Below are positions 10,301-20,015 of a stretch of DNA of 64,000 nt, piece after piece; the first letter of the stretch is position 1; every line of letters begins with the position of its first letter. The notes below the pieces were generated by a model. That model was not told the DNA's origin and did no database searches. It worked only from the letters and a program-made list of their open reading frames with translations. The position numbers and the translations under genes were made by a program. The DNA is from Candidatus Pacearchaeota archaeon. Its GTDB lineage: Archaea; Nanobdellota; Nanobdellia; Pacearchaeales; JAPDKA01. The stretch covers positions 5,074-69,073 of the forward strand of contig JAWAZI010000003.1 in the NCBI GenBank assembly GCA_038817835.1, written 5' to 3'.

Positions 10301-11934
10301 TCTTCTATCCAATATTTTAAATGATTTCCATTTACATCAGCAAATCTTAAATCAGAAAAGTCTGTTTTCATATTATCATCATAACTTATATTTAAATTAA
10401 TTTGAAAATCTGTAACGTTTTGGGATATATTGACTTCTATTGCCCTTCTATAAGGCCATTCAGGATAAGCCCAAATACCTCCACTTATGCCACTAAAGTT
10501 TGTGATATTGAAAATTATATGAGTACCATTATCTATAAAATCTAATGTTTTTAAATTCCATTCACCATAACATTTGAATTCTTCTATACTCCAATTTTTA
10601 CAACCCATAATTGCATTTATATCTCCATATTTTTCTAATACTATATTAGCATATTCAACTTCTATATCAGGTTCTATTACAAAAATTTCTGTTTTAATTC
10701 CTTCTAATATTTGCTTCTCATTAGGTTTTCCAATTTGTATTTTTAAGGTAGGGGGTAATTTTTTTACCTTAATTTCAGATATTGGAGATAATATAGGATA
10801 ATCACTGAAACTTAAATCTTTTTCACTTATATTTATATTTTCTACAATTATATCATTTTTTAATATTTTTAGAATAACATTTTCAGAACTAATTGTAAAT
10901 TCTTTAACTAATTTACCTTTTTCATCATATATTTTAATAACAGTAATATTTGTTAAATTTTGTGTAATATTTATAGTTTCATTTATTTCTTGATATTCTT
11001 CATAGCTGATGACTTTTATTTTAGTAGTTACATCAGAGAAAACTATATCTTTATAATAAAATTTAACATGAAATTCATATACCCCTGTATTGTTCAATTT
11101 TATATTAAAATTTTCTAGAGGAAAATTAAAAATATGTATGTCACCCAAAAATTCTTCTCCAAAACCTTTTTTAATAAATTCTTTTACCTCTATCTTAATT
11201 TTCTTATTTTCTTTATCTTTATATAACTTAACTAAATCTTTACTAACTTCATTATTATTTTTATCAGTTACATTAATTATCTCTACTTCATAACCTTCAG
11301 CCTCGTAACTAATAACTTCTCCAACTTTTATTTCAGTTATTACTTCTATTTCTTCTTTATTTTCTATATCTATTTCATTAAATAAAACTTCATTTTCATT
11401 TTCCAATTTCTCTTCACTTATTTTTTCTTCGCCTTCTTCTTCCTTACCTTCACTTTCACTTTCGTTACTTTCAATATTTTCTCCTTCTTTGCTTTCTTCT
11501 CCACTTTCCTCTACTTCTATTTTTTTGAATTTTAGATGAACATAAAATTCATCAATTTTTTTCTTTCCAATAATTCCATAACCAAAACCAGATTCATTTA
11601 AATTATTTAATTTAGTATAAGCTTGGGCATAGTAAGTAGAGTAAAATTTATCTAAGTTTGCATTACTTAGTTTTATTATCTCTTCTAATGTTATATTTAT
11701 TTTATAACTATTCAAACTTAATTCAATAATAGATTCGCTTGGATAAAGTTCACCTTCTTTTATTGTAAATATTAAATTTCCACTTAAGGTTTGATTAACT
11801 AAGAAAACACTATTATCTAATTTTATTCCAATAGTTTCTGCTTCAATTTTCTTAATATTATAAAAAAATAAAAATATTAAAATGTAAAAAAGAATAAATA
11901 TACAAATTAATGTAACAATCTTTCTTATATCCAT
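7312..11934 (-). CDS. giant glycosylated cell-surface protein (1540 aa): N-terminal signal anchor, acidic linker, DUF2341-like + concanavalin/LamG-like region, right-handed parallel beta-helix repeats, DPDGD Ig-like module
   Basis: N-terminal TM; Glu/Ser-rich low complexity (aa 140-185). DUF2341-like block spans WAYPEWPYRRAIEVNIS...DLRFADVNGNHLKYWIEE...YVWVK...YVYYGN. Beta-helix entry motif GCNNITIPGYYKLIGNISSNGTCINIFSNDVIIDCNNYSI. PTFSWRESIDPDGDPVSY module. More than 60 NxS/T sequons. Paralogous to 51208-56568. Confidence 0.75.
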   Translation of the reverse strand: MDIRKIVTLICIFILFYILIFLFFYNIKKIEAETIGIKLDNSVFLVNQTLSGNLIFTIKEGELYPSESIIELSLNSYKINITLEEIIKLSNANLDKFYSTYYAQAYTKLNNLNESGFGYGIIGKKKIDEFYVHLKFKKIEVEESGEESKEGENIESNESESEGKEEEGEEKISEEKLENENEVLFNEIDIENKEEIEVITEIKVGEVISYEAEGYEVEIINVTDKNNNEVSKDLVKLYKDKENKKIKIEVKEFIKKGFGEEFLGDIHIFNFPLENFNIKLNNTGVYEFHVKFYYKDIVFSDVTTKIKVISYEEYQEINETINITQNLTNITVIKIYDEKGKLVKEFTISSENVILKILKNDIIVENINISEKDLSFSDYPILSPISEIKVKKLPPTLKIQIGKPNEKQILEGIKTEIFVIEPDIEVEYANIVLEKYGDINAIMGCKNWSIEEFKCYGEWNLKTLDFIDNGTHIIFNITNFSGISGGIWAYPEWPYRRAIEVNISQNVTDFQINLNISYDDNMKTDFSDLRFADVNGNHLKYWIEEKIDENYAYVWVKGNFTYLNGTQLYVYYGNENALSESDIKEVTEFYDDFESCDGSRWDRIENIGNSGQGSYDFNGPYEGNCGFRVIDSSSKAVSAYTTIKYSSLDTWYAKVYINTYPTVNDYFHHDVGILLGQDSYGYFYFAGIINYGSTDDPRMGIWKNKVDTTLEMIDWKSITNWPKNTWLYLIVKKSGFNVRIELYYLNGTQFDSVDLKFDPGTEFTELFGVEGKMGSSQQGYIMVDYFYLMKYLPFNVSIGEEEIFGCNNITIPGYYKLIGNISSNGTCINIFSNDVIIDCNNYSITYGIIESGKGIFIDSYLSNITIKNCIFIDGNENLTNYGIYGITKINKLQIYNNIFNQTKNYDGRNSNSIYILDSNFSIYDNIFYHSWVSSQPWWYYHSIYVRGDYNLIDTKDSNQFSNISNNRFYYYNFGSGSNSIVRIGIVNFYNNYLEDVLNSYSSICFQTYAFDPFKIYNNTCKVHTGIAISCTTIGRIYEVLNNNITTFWTTHIFSDNCKKEDVKIYNNYFNTKGFFIEFWEGAKNVSFENNIINLSLNSSDAYGFNIGFSSNVLDIKNISFIKNKIFLPQELNLLRISSSTNSPFENFSFLDNEIVCIDGYCKASIYLYNNSNISFINTTIINRSNIFVYDNANFYVHWYLDIQVKNKNNFPIGNANVTMYDKNNTIIFSELTDMNGRIKTKKILEFFQNSSYREDKNNHTIIVNFSEPYKIKVITKNITNSEYLTIILNRPPSMPELSYPNDNEHLYNRKPTFSWRESIDPDGDPVSYILIINCVYNGTCTNPPCLCNPFDNRTIENITNLNYTLTTNLKNFWDTNEYYIWGVGSYDGEDYNYSSDRNLYIDALVFINLSNEQINFGLMNLNEENDTTDNNPMPIIIENKGNCFINLEFNSTPLWQTQDIPSEYYKFKADFHEQGSFNSSNSTINWENVNYLNWLIGQLNYSNESNEAEMEIKIKVPPYEPPGLKTSIINLFASFVDVIE

Positions 11935-11984
11935 AAAATTTTATTACATAATAATATTTAAAATTTAATTTTTATTTTAATTTA

Positions 11985-13748
11985 ATGGAGAAAATAAAAA
12001 AATATAGTATAGTAGTTGATACAAGTATAATTATAGAAGGAATACTTTCTGATTTAATAAAGAATTCAAAACTTGAAGTTAATAAAATAATAATTCCAGA
12101 AGCAGTTATTTCAGAATTAGAAAATCAAGCAAATAAAGGTAAAGAAATAGGATTTGTTGGAATAGAAGAAATTGAGAATATTAAAAAATTAAGTGGGGAA
12201 AAAAATATAGAAGTAATTTTTTATGGTGAGAAACCAACAGAAGAAATAATAAAAAGTGCAAAAGTAGGGGCTATAGATGCTATAATAAGAAAAATTGCCG
12301 AAATAAATAATGCATGTTTATTTACAGCAGATAGAGTCCAAGCAGCAATTGCAAAAATTAAAGGTGTTGATATATTATTTTTTGAAGTTAAAGCAAGAAA
12401 ATTATCAATAGAGAAATTTTTTGGAGATGATGTAATGAGTTTACATTTAAGAGAAAATGTTGAGATAATGGCAAAAAAAGGAAAACCAGGAAATTGGCAA
12501 TTAGTTATAGTAGGAAGAAAAGTTACAAGAGAAGAATTAAAAAAAATAGAGAAGGAAATAATTGAAGTAGCAAGGCAGAGAGAAGACGGCTTTATAGAAA
12601 TTGATAGAAAATATTCTACAATTGTTCAAATAGGAACATATAGAATAGTTATAACTAGACCACCTTTTAGTAAATATTACGAAATAACAATCGCAAGTCC
12701 AATAAAACAATTAGATATAAATGATTATAAATTAGATGAAAATTTACTAAATAGATTTGAGAGGGCAGAAGGTATTCTTGTAGCTGGACCACCTGGAAAT
12801 GGGAAATCAACTTTTGTTCAAGCATTAGCAAAATTTTATTTAAATAAAAATAAAATTGTTAAAACTATCGAAGCTCCAAGAGATTTAGTTTTACCAAAAG
12901 AGATAACACAATATGCTTTAGCCCATTCAACTCATGACGAAATTAGAGATATTTTACTTTTATCTAGGCCAGATTATACAATGTTTGATGAAATGCGTAA
13001 TGATGCAGATTTTAGACTTTATACTGATTTAAGATTAGCTGGTATAGGTTTAGTTGGTGTTGTTCATGCTACTGAAGCTATAGATGCAATTCAAAGATTT
13101 TTTAATAGAGTTGAGCTTGGAACTTTACCAAGTATAATTGATACAGTTATATTTATCAAAGATGGAGAGATAAAGAAAGTTTTATCATTAGAGATGAAGG
13201 TAAAAGTTCCTTATGGTATGAGAAGTGAAGATTTAGCTAGGCCAATTATATTAGTTAGAGATTATAAAACTAAAATAGTAGAATATGAAATATATAATTT
13301 TGCTGATCAGATTGTAGTTAATAAAGTTAAAACAATTAATGAAGAAGAGATAATAAATGAAATAGAAAAAATAGTTAAGCTGAGACCTGAAATAGAAATT
13401 AATGATAATAATTGTATAGTATATTTACCAAGCTCAAGAATTTCTTTATTAATAGGTAAAAAAGGAAGAACTATTAATAATTTAGAGAAAAAATTTGGAA
13501 TTTTTATTGAGGTTAGAGAAAAAATAGAAAAAAAGGAAAAAGCAAATTATAAATTAAATATATCCAAGAAAAATTTGAAGTTTATTTTTGATAGAGATAG
13601 TGGATATGTTATATTTTATAAAAATGGAGAAGAAATTGGAATTTTTTATTTTAAAGATGGAATATTAAAAATAAAGAGAAAATCAATGTTAGGAAAAAAA
13701 ATTTTTGAATGTATAAGGAATAAAAATTTAGAGATTTACTATGGATAA
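11985..13748 (+). CDS. PIN-domain ATPase with C-terminal KH domain (COG1855-like, PilT-family annotation)
   Basis: N-terminal PIN (IVVDTSIIIEG); Walker A GILVAGPPGNGKSTFVQALA; C-terminal KH motif LLIGKKGRTINNLEKKFGIFIEV. Confidence 0.7.
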   Translation: MEKIKKYSIVVDTSIIIEGILSDLIKNSKLEVNKIIIPEAVISELENQANKGKEIGFVGIEEIENIKKLSGEKNIEVIFYGEKPTEEIIKSAKVGAIDAIIRKIAEINNACLFTADRVQAAIAKIKGVDILFFEVKARKLSIEKFFGDDVMSLHLRENVEIMAKKGKPGNWQLVIVGRKVTREELKKIEKEIIEVARQREDGFIEIDRKYSTIVQIGTYRIVITRPPFSKYYEITIASPIKQLDINDYKLDENLLNRFERAEGILVAGPPGNGKSTFVQALAKFYLNKNKIVKTIEAPRDLVLPKEITQYALAHSTHDEIRDILLLSRPDYTMFDEMRNDADFRLYTDLRLAGIGLVGVVHATEAIDAIQRFFNRVELGTLPSIIDTVIFIKDGEIKKVLSLEMKVKVPYGMRSEDLARPIILVRDYKTKIVEYEIYNFADQIVVNKVKTINEEEIINEIEKIVKLRPEIEINDNNCIVYLPSSRISLLIGKKGRTINNLEKKFGIFIEVREKIEKKEKANYKLNISKKNLKFIFDRDSGYVIFYKNGEEIGIFYFKDGILKIKRKSMLGKKIFECIRNKNLEIYYG

Positions 13749-14058
13749 GAAAGGATTAGAAGCTATTTATGAAACTTTAGCACAAATATTAATTATAATT
13801 TTATTTTTTTCAGCTTGTATTTTTTTTATTATTTCATCAAAAAATATAGAGATTGAGAAAGTAGCTTTATTAGAAATTGTTTATGCATGTACTATTTTTG
13901 ACGATGCTATTATAGAGATAAATAGTAGTTATTTTAATGTTTCACAAATAAAATATGATAATGAAAACTTTTTTTTTGAAGGAAAAAACTATAAGGAAAA
14001 ATATTATGGAAAAAATAAAATAAAAATAGAAAATGGTATTATTGAAATAAAAAAATGA
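13741..14058 (+). CDS. prepilin-like protein with class III signal peptide (105 aa)
   Basis: MDKKG|LEAIYETLAQILIIILFFSACIFFII has a K-K-G cleavage-site-like motif followed by a hydrophobic helix; 8-nt overlap with upstream gene. Confidence 0.5.
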   Translation: MDKKGLEAIYETLAQILIIILFFSACIFFIISSKNIEIEKVALLEIVYACTIFDDAIIEINSSYFNVSQIKYDNENFFFEGKNYKEKYYGKNKIKIENGIIEIKK

Positions 14059-14420
14059 AATTTAAGGCACAGATAGATATAGTTTGGCTTTATAGATTTT
14101 TTTTAATAATACTTGTTACTCTAGGTTTATTACTTTTAGTAGGAAGATATAAAAGTATAGAGCTAAACAGAAAACCATTGAAAGCTGCAAGCATATTAAA
14201 TTTAATTTATTATTGTAAAGAAGAAAATTTAAGTAATTGTATAAATATTGATTCCAGTTTTTTTATAAGTTATAAACAAGAAAATTATGGAAATATTGCA
14301 TTAAAGACTTTATGTGAATCAAAAGAAAAAAATGTAGAATTAAAAGAGGATATTTTTTGTTTGAAAACACAAATTTATAAAGATAAAAAATTTGAAGAAA
14401 TTTTTATTGGAATAAAATGA
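14055..14420 (+). CDS. prepilin-like protein with class III signal peptide (121 aa)
   Basis: MKFKA|QIDIVWLYRFFLIILVTLGLLLLV; ATGA overlap with previous gene. Confidence 0.5.
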   Translation: MKFKAQIDIVWLYRFFLIILVTLGLLLLVGRYKSIELNRKPLKAASILNLIYYCKEENLSNCINIDSSFFISYKQENYGNIALKTLCESKEKNVELKEDIFCLKTQIYKDKKFEEIFIGIK

Positions 14421-14959
14421 AAAATAAAAAAGCACAAGAATCTTTATTAACTTTAATTGTAACTACTTTAATAATTTTGATTATTTTATTTTTATTTTTA
14501 GCCATATCTTTTGTCACACATCCTTTTTCCAAAAAGACAGAAATAATAACTAATGATATCTCAGAAACAAAAAATGCTTATTTAATTTTAAATTCCCTTA
14601 TTTTTTCTCAACTTAATGAAAATGAAAAGAAAGATTTCAATGTTGATTATTTTTATGAATTAATTTATTTATATTTAATAGAAAATCAAGAAAAAAAACA
14701 AAAAATAGAAGGAATAATAAGAAATAAATTAGATTTTTTGAAAGATTATATTTTTGTAATTTATTTTTATGACGGAGAAAAATATGAAGAATTATTAAAT
14801 TTAGAGAAATTAAGTATTTCTAGAAAAATAGAAAGAGGACTTCTTTTAATTCCTTCAGCTGTAATAGAATATGGATTAGAGAAAAAATATATAGCAAAAA
14901 TTATTCTTCCATATAATGAAGAAAAATTAATATTAATACTATTAATAATTATAAAATGA
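14417..14959 (+). CDS. prepilin-like protein with class III signal peptide (180 aa)
   Basis: MKNKKA|QESLLTLIVTTLIILIILFLFL, a close match to the archaeal type IV pilin signal (KA-Q-x-S-L); ATGA overlap. Confidence 0.55.
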   Translation: MKNKKAQESLLTLIVTTLIILIILFLFLAISFVTHPFSKKTEIITNDISETKNAYLILNSLIFSQLNENEKKDFNVDYFYELIYLYLIENQEKKQKIEGIIRNKLDFLKDYIFVIYFYDGEKYEELLNLEKLSISRKIERGLLLIPSAVIEYGLEKKYIAKIILPYNEEKLILILLIIIK

Positions 14960-15675
14960 TAAAGAAAAAAGCAATAGGTTTTTTTTCTTATTTATTAGTT
15001 TTTGCAACATTAATTTTATATTCATTTGCTTTAATAAAAATAGGAACTATTGAAAAATCTAAAATAGTGAAAAGTTTTGAAAAAATTGAAGATTTAGATA
15101 ACTTTAATTATTATATCGATAACTTTGATAATTACTTAAACTTATCATATCAAATTTCATATTATAATTCAATTTACAATTTTTCAAATTATTTTGATAA
15201 AAGTGAAAAATGTAAAATAATATATTTGAATGATATTCCATATTTTTCTATGGATTGTAATTTTGATAAAAATATTTTTTTAGATTTTTTGAATAAATCA
15301 TTTAATGAATATATAAAAAATTATTTAGATTATGGAAAAAAAATATATAATTTCAGTTATGAGTTTTCATGTAAAATTGATAATATAGTAAAATGCAATA
15401 TATTTATTTATAAAAATTTCAATATGGATATAATGAATATTAGCTTAAAAAAAGAGAAAAAATTTGAGCAACAAATAGATTTTAAATTTTTGGAGGAATT
15501 TCAAGAAATTAAAGAAAAATTAAAAAATGGTCAAATAGATCATGATGAATTTGAAATTGAGAAAAATGAAGATAAAAATTATATTTATACAAAAATAAAG
15601 TTAAAGAAAAAATTTTTAGTTGTTGGAGATATATTATCTAAACAAATTGAATTAAAATTTTATCATGAGAAGTAA
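14956..15675 (+). CDS. prepilin-like protein with class III signal peptide (239 aa)
   Basis: MIKKKA|IGFFSYLLVFATLILYSF; ATGA overlap with previous gene. Confidence 0.45.
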   Translation: MIKKKAIGFFSYLLVFATLILYSFALIKIGTIEKSKIVKSFEKIEDLDNFNYYIDNFDNYLNLSYQISYYNSIYNFSNYFDKSEKCKIIYLNDIPYFSMDCNFDKNIFLDFLNKSFNEYIKNYLDYGKKIYNFSYEFSCKIDNIVKCNIFIYKNFNMDIMNISLKKEKKFEQQIDFKFLEEFQEIKEKLKNGQIDHDEFEIEKNEDKNYIYTKIKLKKKFLVVGDILSKQIELKFYHEK

Positions 15676-15677
15676 AA

Positions 15678-16598
15678 ATGATAGTAGATATTGATGAATT
15701 AATAGAAAAAATATCAAAATTTTCAAATTTTAGCAAAGAAGAAATAAGAAAGAGGATAGAGGCAAAAAGAGAAAAACTTGGTAAGTTAATAAGCTTAGAA
15801 GGTGCAGCACAAATAGTTGCTGCAGAGCTTGGAGTAAAATTTGAAAATATTACATTAAATATTTCTGATTTACTTCCAGGAATGAAAAGAATAAATGTTA
15901 TTGGAAAAATTATAGACAATTATGGAGTTAGATTTTATAAAAGAGGAGATAAACAATTAAAAGTTGCAACTTTTTTGTTAGCAGATTCGACAGATGCTAT
16001 AAGAGTTGTTTTATGGGATACTAATCATATAGATTTAATTGAAAAAAATGAAATAAAATTAGGCGATATAGTAGAGATAAATAATGCTTATGTTAGAGGG
16101 GATATCGATAATAAAGAACTTCACTTAACAAATAATTCAATTATAAAATTATCTGAAAATAAAATTGAAAATATTGTTGATGAATATAAATATAAATATA
16201 AGCTTATTGATAAACTTACAACAAATGTTAGAGCTAAAATAAGAGCATTTGTTGTTCAAATATTTACTCCTAAAATTTTTGATATGTGTCCAATATGTAA
16301 TTCAAGATCATGTATTGAACATGAAGAAAGAGAAAAAAGAATTTTATTTCCTTTTATTGTTGATGATGGTTCTGGCAATATAAGATGTGTAGCATTTAAA
16401 GAAACAACATTAAAAATGTTAAATGTTAATAATATTGATGAAATAAATGAGGAAAAATTGAAAAATTTGATTGGTGAAGAGTTTTGGTTTGATGGAAGAG
16501 TAAGAAAAAATAAAAAAAGAGACGAAATAGAGTTTGTAGTTAATGATGTTGAAAAAGTTGATATTAAACAGCTTATTGAAAAACTTCAAAATTTATGA
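15678..16598 (+). CDS. rpa: replication protein A-like ssDNA-binding protein (OB fold + zinc finger)
   Basis: N-terminal [33 protein letters not shown] typical of euryarchaeal RPA N-domain; [14 protein letters not shown] zinc ribbon. Confidence 0.6.
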   Translation: MIVDIDELIEKISKFSNFSKEEIRKRIEAKREKLGKLISLEGAAQIVAAELGVKFENITLNISDLLPGMKRINVIGKIIDNYGVRFYKRGDKQLKVATFLLADSTDAIRVVLWDTNHIDLIEKNEIKLGDIVEINNAYVRGDIDNKELHLTNNSIIKLSENKIENIVDEYKYKYKLIDKLTTNVRAKIRAFVVQIFTPKIFDMCPICNSRSCIEHEEREKRILFPFIVDDGSGNIRCVAFKETTLKMLNVNNIDEINEEKLKNLIGEEFWFDGRVRKNKKRDEIEFVVNDVEKVDIKQLIEKLQNL

Positions 16599-17546
16599 TT
16601 CTTCCTTATCACTTATTCCATAACTTGTAATGAAAAATATTGTTTCATTATCTGGTAGATTTGGACTATCAATTAATTTTGCAACTCTACTATTTTTTTT
16701 ACCTTTTCTCAAATAAATTCTATAAGTTGATGCATGTCCAACTATATGTCCACCTATAGCTTGTGTTGGATCTCCGAATAAAACATCTGGTCTTGCCATA
16801 ACTTGATTTGTTACATATACAGCTAAATTATATTGTTCTGCTAATCTGATTAGCATATGCATATATCTATTAAGTTTTTGTTGTCTATCTGCAAGAGTTC
16901 CACGGCCTATATATTCTGCCCTAAAATGACTTGTTAAACTATCAACAACAATTAATTTTATTTTTTCTTTAGTTAGTAATTCTTTAATTTTTTCTACAAG
17001 CAATATTTGATGATCACTATTAAATACTCTTGCAACAAATATATTATTTAAAACTTGATCAGGATTTAATCCTTTTGCTAATGCAATTTGTCTTATTCTT
17101 TCAGGTCTAAAGGTTCCTTCTGTATCGATAAATATTACTTTTCCATCAGCTCCATTTTCTTCTAATGGTAATTGTGCATTTACTGATAATTGTAAACCCA
17201 ATTGAGTTTTTCCACTTCCATATGCACCAAAAGCTTCTGTAACAGCTTTTGTTTCTATGCCACCTCCAAGCAAATTATCCAAATTTTTACTTCCAGTTGT
17301 TATTTTTATTATTTCTTTTCTTTTGTTTTCATAATTTAGTGCTGTATCAAAATCAAGTTTTAATAACTTTCTTGCAGAAGTTATAATTTTTCTCGCAACA
17401 TTTTCACTTACTCCAATTGCTTCAGCCAATTCGACAGGAGGAGTTACAACTATTGCCATTAAATCTGTAAATCCAGCATCTTCAAGTTTTTTTGCTAGAG
17501 TACTTCCAACTCCAGGCAAATCTCTTAATTTATATTCTTTTTCCAT
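16593..17546 (-). CDS. radA: DNA repair and recombination protein RadA
   Basis: N-terminal HhH ([17 protein letters not shown]); Walker [11 protein letters not shown]; Walker B LIVVDSL; 317 aa. Confidence 0.9.
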   Translation of the reverse strand: MEKEYKLRDLPGVGSTLAKKLEDAGFTDLMAIVVTPPVELAEAIGVSENVARKIITSARKLLKLDFDTALNYENKRKEIIKITTGSKNLDNLLGGGIETKAVTEAFGAYGSGKTQLGLQLSVNAQLPLEENGADGKVIFIDTEGTFRPERIRQIALAKGLNPDQVLNNIFVARVFNSDHQILLVEKIKELLTKEKIKLIVVDSLTSHFRAEYIGRGTLADRQQKLNRYMHMLIRLAEQYNLAVYVTNQVMARPDVLFGDPTQAIGGHIVGHASTYRIYLRKGKKNSRVAKLIDSPNLPDNETIFFITSYGISDKEES

Positions 17547-17611
17547 ATTAAGTAAAAAATTAATGATTTAAAAAATTTGTTAATAAAAATTACTATTATT
17601 TGAAAATGAAA

Positions 17612-17683
17612 TGCCCCCACTCGGATTCGAACCGAGATCTCAGGCTCCGCAAGCCTGTGTTTTAGCCATTAAACTATGGGGGC
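17612..17683 (-). tRNA. tRNA-Arg (anticodon GCG)
   Basis: Reverse complement gcccccatagtttaatggctaaaacacaggcttgcggagcctgagatctcggttcgaatccgagtgggggca folds as cloverleaf; anticodon loop ttgcgga. Confidence 0.8.
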
Positions 17684-17796
17684 TCATTAAATTTAAAAGC
17701 TTAAAATTTTAAAAATATAAGTACCCACTTTTATTTTTCTATTTTATAGTAGCAACATCCAAAAACTTTATAAAAGAAAAAATTTTAATTTATTAT

Positions 17797-17964
17797 GAAA
17801 GCAATAAAAAACATAACCAAAATTTTGACAGGAATTACATTGGGATTCCTTTTATTAAGCAATAACCATTTTGTTAATGAAACTAAAAAAATAAAATTAA
17901 GTGAATTAATAAATTATGATAAAAAATTAGAAGATATCGTTGAAAACCATTTTTTTAACTAAGC
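17797..17964 (+). CDS. small hypothetical membrane protein (55 aa)
   Basis: ORF MKAIKNITKILTGITLGFLLLSNNHF... in otherwise empty intergenic region; weak. Confidence 0.25.
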
Positions 17965-18383
17965 TTATTAGCAACAATATCAGCAATGAATGCGATAAGC
18001 ATGCTTATACTTAATAAATCAACAACCAAACAATATTTGCATATTGCCTTTATTACAAAAAACTGTAAAAATAAAAGATAAAGAGAAAATATCGATATAA
18101 TAATCAATAATAAAAATATAACTTTATTTTTTAAATTGCTCGGATTTTTTATTTGTGTAGCACTTAATAAGGCTAAAATTAAAAATGCAAATATTCCTAT
18201 AATACTTAAATGAATTCCAGCTATATCAGAAAAAGAACTTACATCAACAATAGCACAACCCCCACTAATAAAGCAAGAATCTTTTGGCTTAATTTTGTTA
18301 ATCTCTATATAGCTAGAAATAAATAAATTTATTATTGAGATAATAAATATATATGTAAGCATGATTTTTTTTCTTTTTTCCAT
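17955..18383 (-). CDS. vitamin K epoxide reductase (VKOR) family membrane protein
   Basis: Loop cysteines CFISGGCAIV and TM CxxC (ICKYCLVV), 4 TM helices; VKOR-type disulfide oxidoreductase pattern. Confidence 0.6.
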   Translation of the reverse strand: MEKRKKIMLTYIFIISIINLFISSYIEINKIKPKDSCFISGGCAIVDVSSFSDIAGIHLSIIGIFAFLILALLSATQIKNPSNLKNKVIFLLLIIISIFSLYLLFLQFFVIKAICKYCLVVDLLSISMLIAFIADIVANKLS

Positions 18384-18533
18384 AAAATATTTTTATACTT
18401 TAACTTTTTAAATTTTTTTAAAATTTGAAAATTATGCCACTATGAAGTAATATAAAAATAATTAATAAAAATAATAAGATAAACTATCCAACAATTTACA
18501 AAAGTTTTTTAATTTCTTTTTTTTCTTTAATTT

Positions 18534-20012
18534 ATGGAAAAGCTCGAGCTTATAAATGGTATAGCATTAAAAAGAGGATTTTTTATGCAATCTGCAGAAA
18601 TTTATAAGGGAAAAGCAGAATTTAGTGGGCTTTTTAGTTATGGCCATCTAGGAAAATTAATGAAATTAAAATTTGAGAATCTTTGGAGAAATTTTTTTTT
18701 GAAACTTCATGATAATTTTCATGAAATTGAAGGCAGCTGTATATTACCAAAAAAAGTTTTTGAGGCTTCTGGTCATTTAGAAAATTTTAATGATCCTTTG
18801 GTAGAATGTAAAAATTGTGGTTTTAGGTTCAGGGCAGATCATTTTATAGAAGATGAACTTGGAATTAATGTTACATCTTTATCTCTAGAAGAAATGACAA
18901 GAATAATAAAACAAAATAAATTAAAATGTCCAAAATGTAATAGCCAAAATTTAAGTGATGTTGAATTTTTTAATATGATGTTTCCTTTAAGTTTGGGTGT
19001 GTTAAGTAAAGAAATAAATGCATATTTAACTCCTGAAACTGCTCAACAAGCATATTTAGCTTTTAAGAGACAATTTGAAGCTTTAAGAAGAAAATTACCT
19101 TTAGGATTGGCAGTAATAGGAAAAGTTTTTAGAAATGAAATAAGCCCTAGACAAAGTTTTTTTAGGCTTAGAGAATTTACACAAGCAGAGCTTCAAATTT
19201 TTATTGCTCCTGAGATGCTTGATGAAGATATTTTAGGAATTTGGAATGAAATAAAAGATAAAGATATAATTGTTAAAAGAGTTAATGATAAAGAAGCAAA
19301 AAAATATAAATTAAAAGAATTGGCAAATGATTATAAAAAACTTTATTTGAGTTTTATGTATAAAATTCAAGAATTTTATTTAGATAAATTGAAAATACCT
19401 ATCGAGAAATTTAGATTTAGGGAACTTAGTGAGGAAGAAAGAGCATTTTATAATAAAGCACATTTTGATATAGAATTATTTATAGAAACTTTGAATGGTT
19501 TTAAAGAAGTTGCAGGTCTACATTATAGAAGCGATTATGATTTAAGTAGACATCAAAAATTTAGTAAAGAAAAATTAGAGGTTCTTTGGAATAATAAAAA
19601 AATAATACCACATGTAATTGAACTTAGTTTTGGAGTTGATAGAAATATTTATGCTTTTTTAGATATATTTTTTAAAAAAGAAAAAGAGAGAAATTTATTT
19701 TCTTTTCCTTTAGCAATAGCACCAATTGATATTGCTGTATTTCCTTTAGTTAATAGAGATGGTTTAAATGAAAAAGCAAAAGAAGTTTATAATATGCTAA
19801 AATATTGGTTTAAATGTTATTATGATGAAGCTGATAGCATTGGTAGACGCTATAGAAGACAAGATGAGATAGGAACTCCATTTTGCATAACAATAGATTA
19901 TGAAACTTTAGAGGATAATACTGTCACTATAAGAGATCGTGATAGCATGAAACAAGAAAGAATAAAAATTGAAAATTTAATAAACTTTTTTTGTGAAAAA
20001 TTTTCATTTTGA
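18534..20012 (+). CDS. glyS: glycyl-tRNA synthetase (archaeal/eukaryotic type)
   Basis: FNDPLVECKNCGFRFRADHFIEDEL and class II motifs; 492 aa. Confidence 0.8.
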   Translation: MEKLELINGIALKRGFFMQSAEIYKGKAEFSGLFSYGHLGKLMKLKFENLWRNFFLKLHDNFHEIEGSCILPKKVFEASGHLENFNDPLVECKNCGFRFRADHFIEDELGINVTSLSLEEMTRIIKQNKLKCPKCNSQNLSDVEFFNMMFPLSLGVLSKEINAYLTPETAQQAYLAFKRQFEALRRKLPLGLAVIGKVFRNEISPRQSFFRLREFTQAELQIFIAPEMLDEDILGIWNEIKDKDIIVKRVNDKEAKKYKLKELANDYKKLYLSFMYKIQEFYLDKLKIPIEKFRFRELSEEERAFYNKAHFDIELFIETLNGFKEVAGLHYRSDYDLSRHQKFSKEKLEVLWNNKKIIPHVIELSFGVDRNIYAFLDIFFKKEKERNLFSFPLAIAPIDIAVFPLVNRDGLNEKAKEVYNMLKYWFKCYYDEADSIGRRYRRQDEIGTPFCITIDYETLEDNTVTIRDRDSMKQERIKIENLINFFCEKFSF

Positions 20013-20015
20013 TAC

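Noticed and set aside
11985-13748. Calling the PIN-ATPase-KH protein a pilus assembly ATPase (PilT/FlaI)
   Set aside because: Its Walker A (GPPGNGKST) and domain order (PIN-ATPase-KH) match COG1855, not the GspE/FlaI secretion ATPase family. The PilT label on this family is historical.
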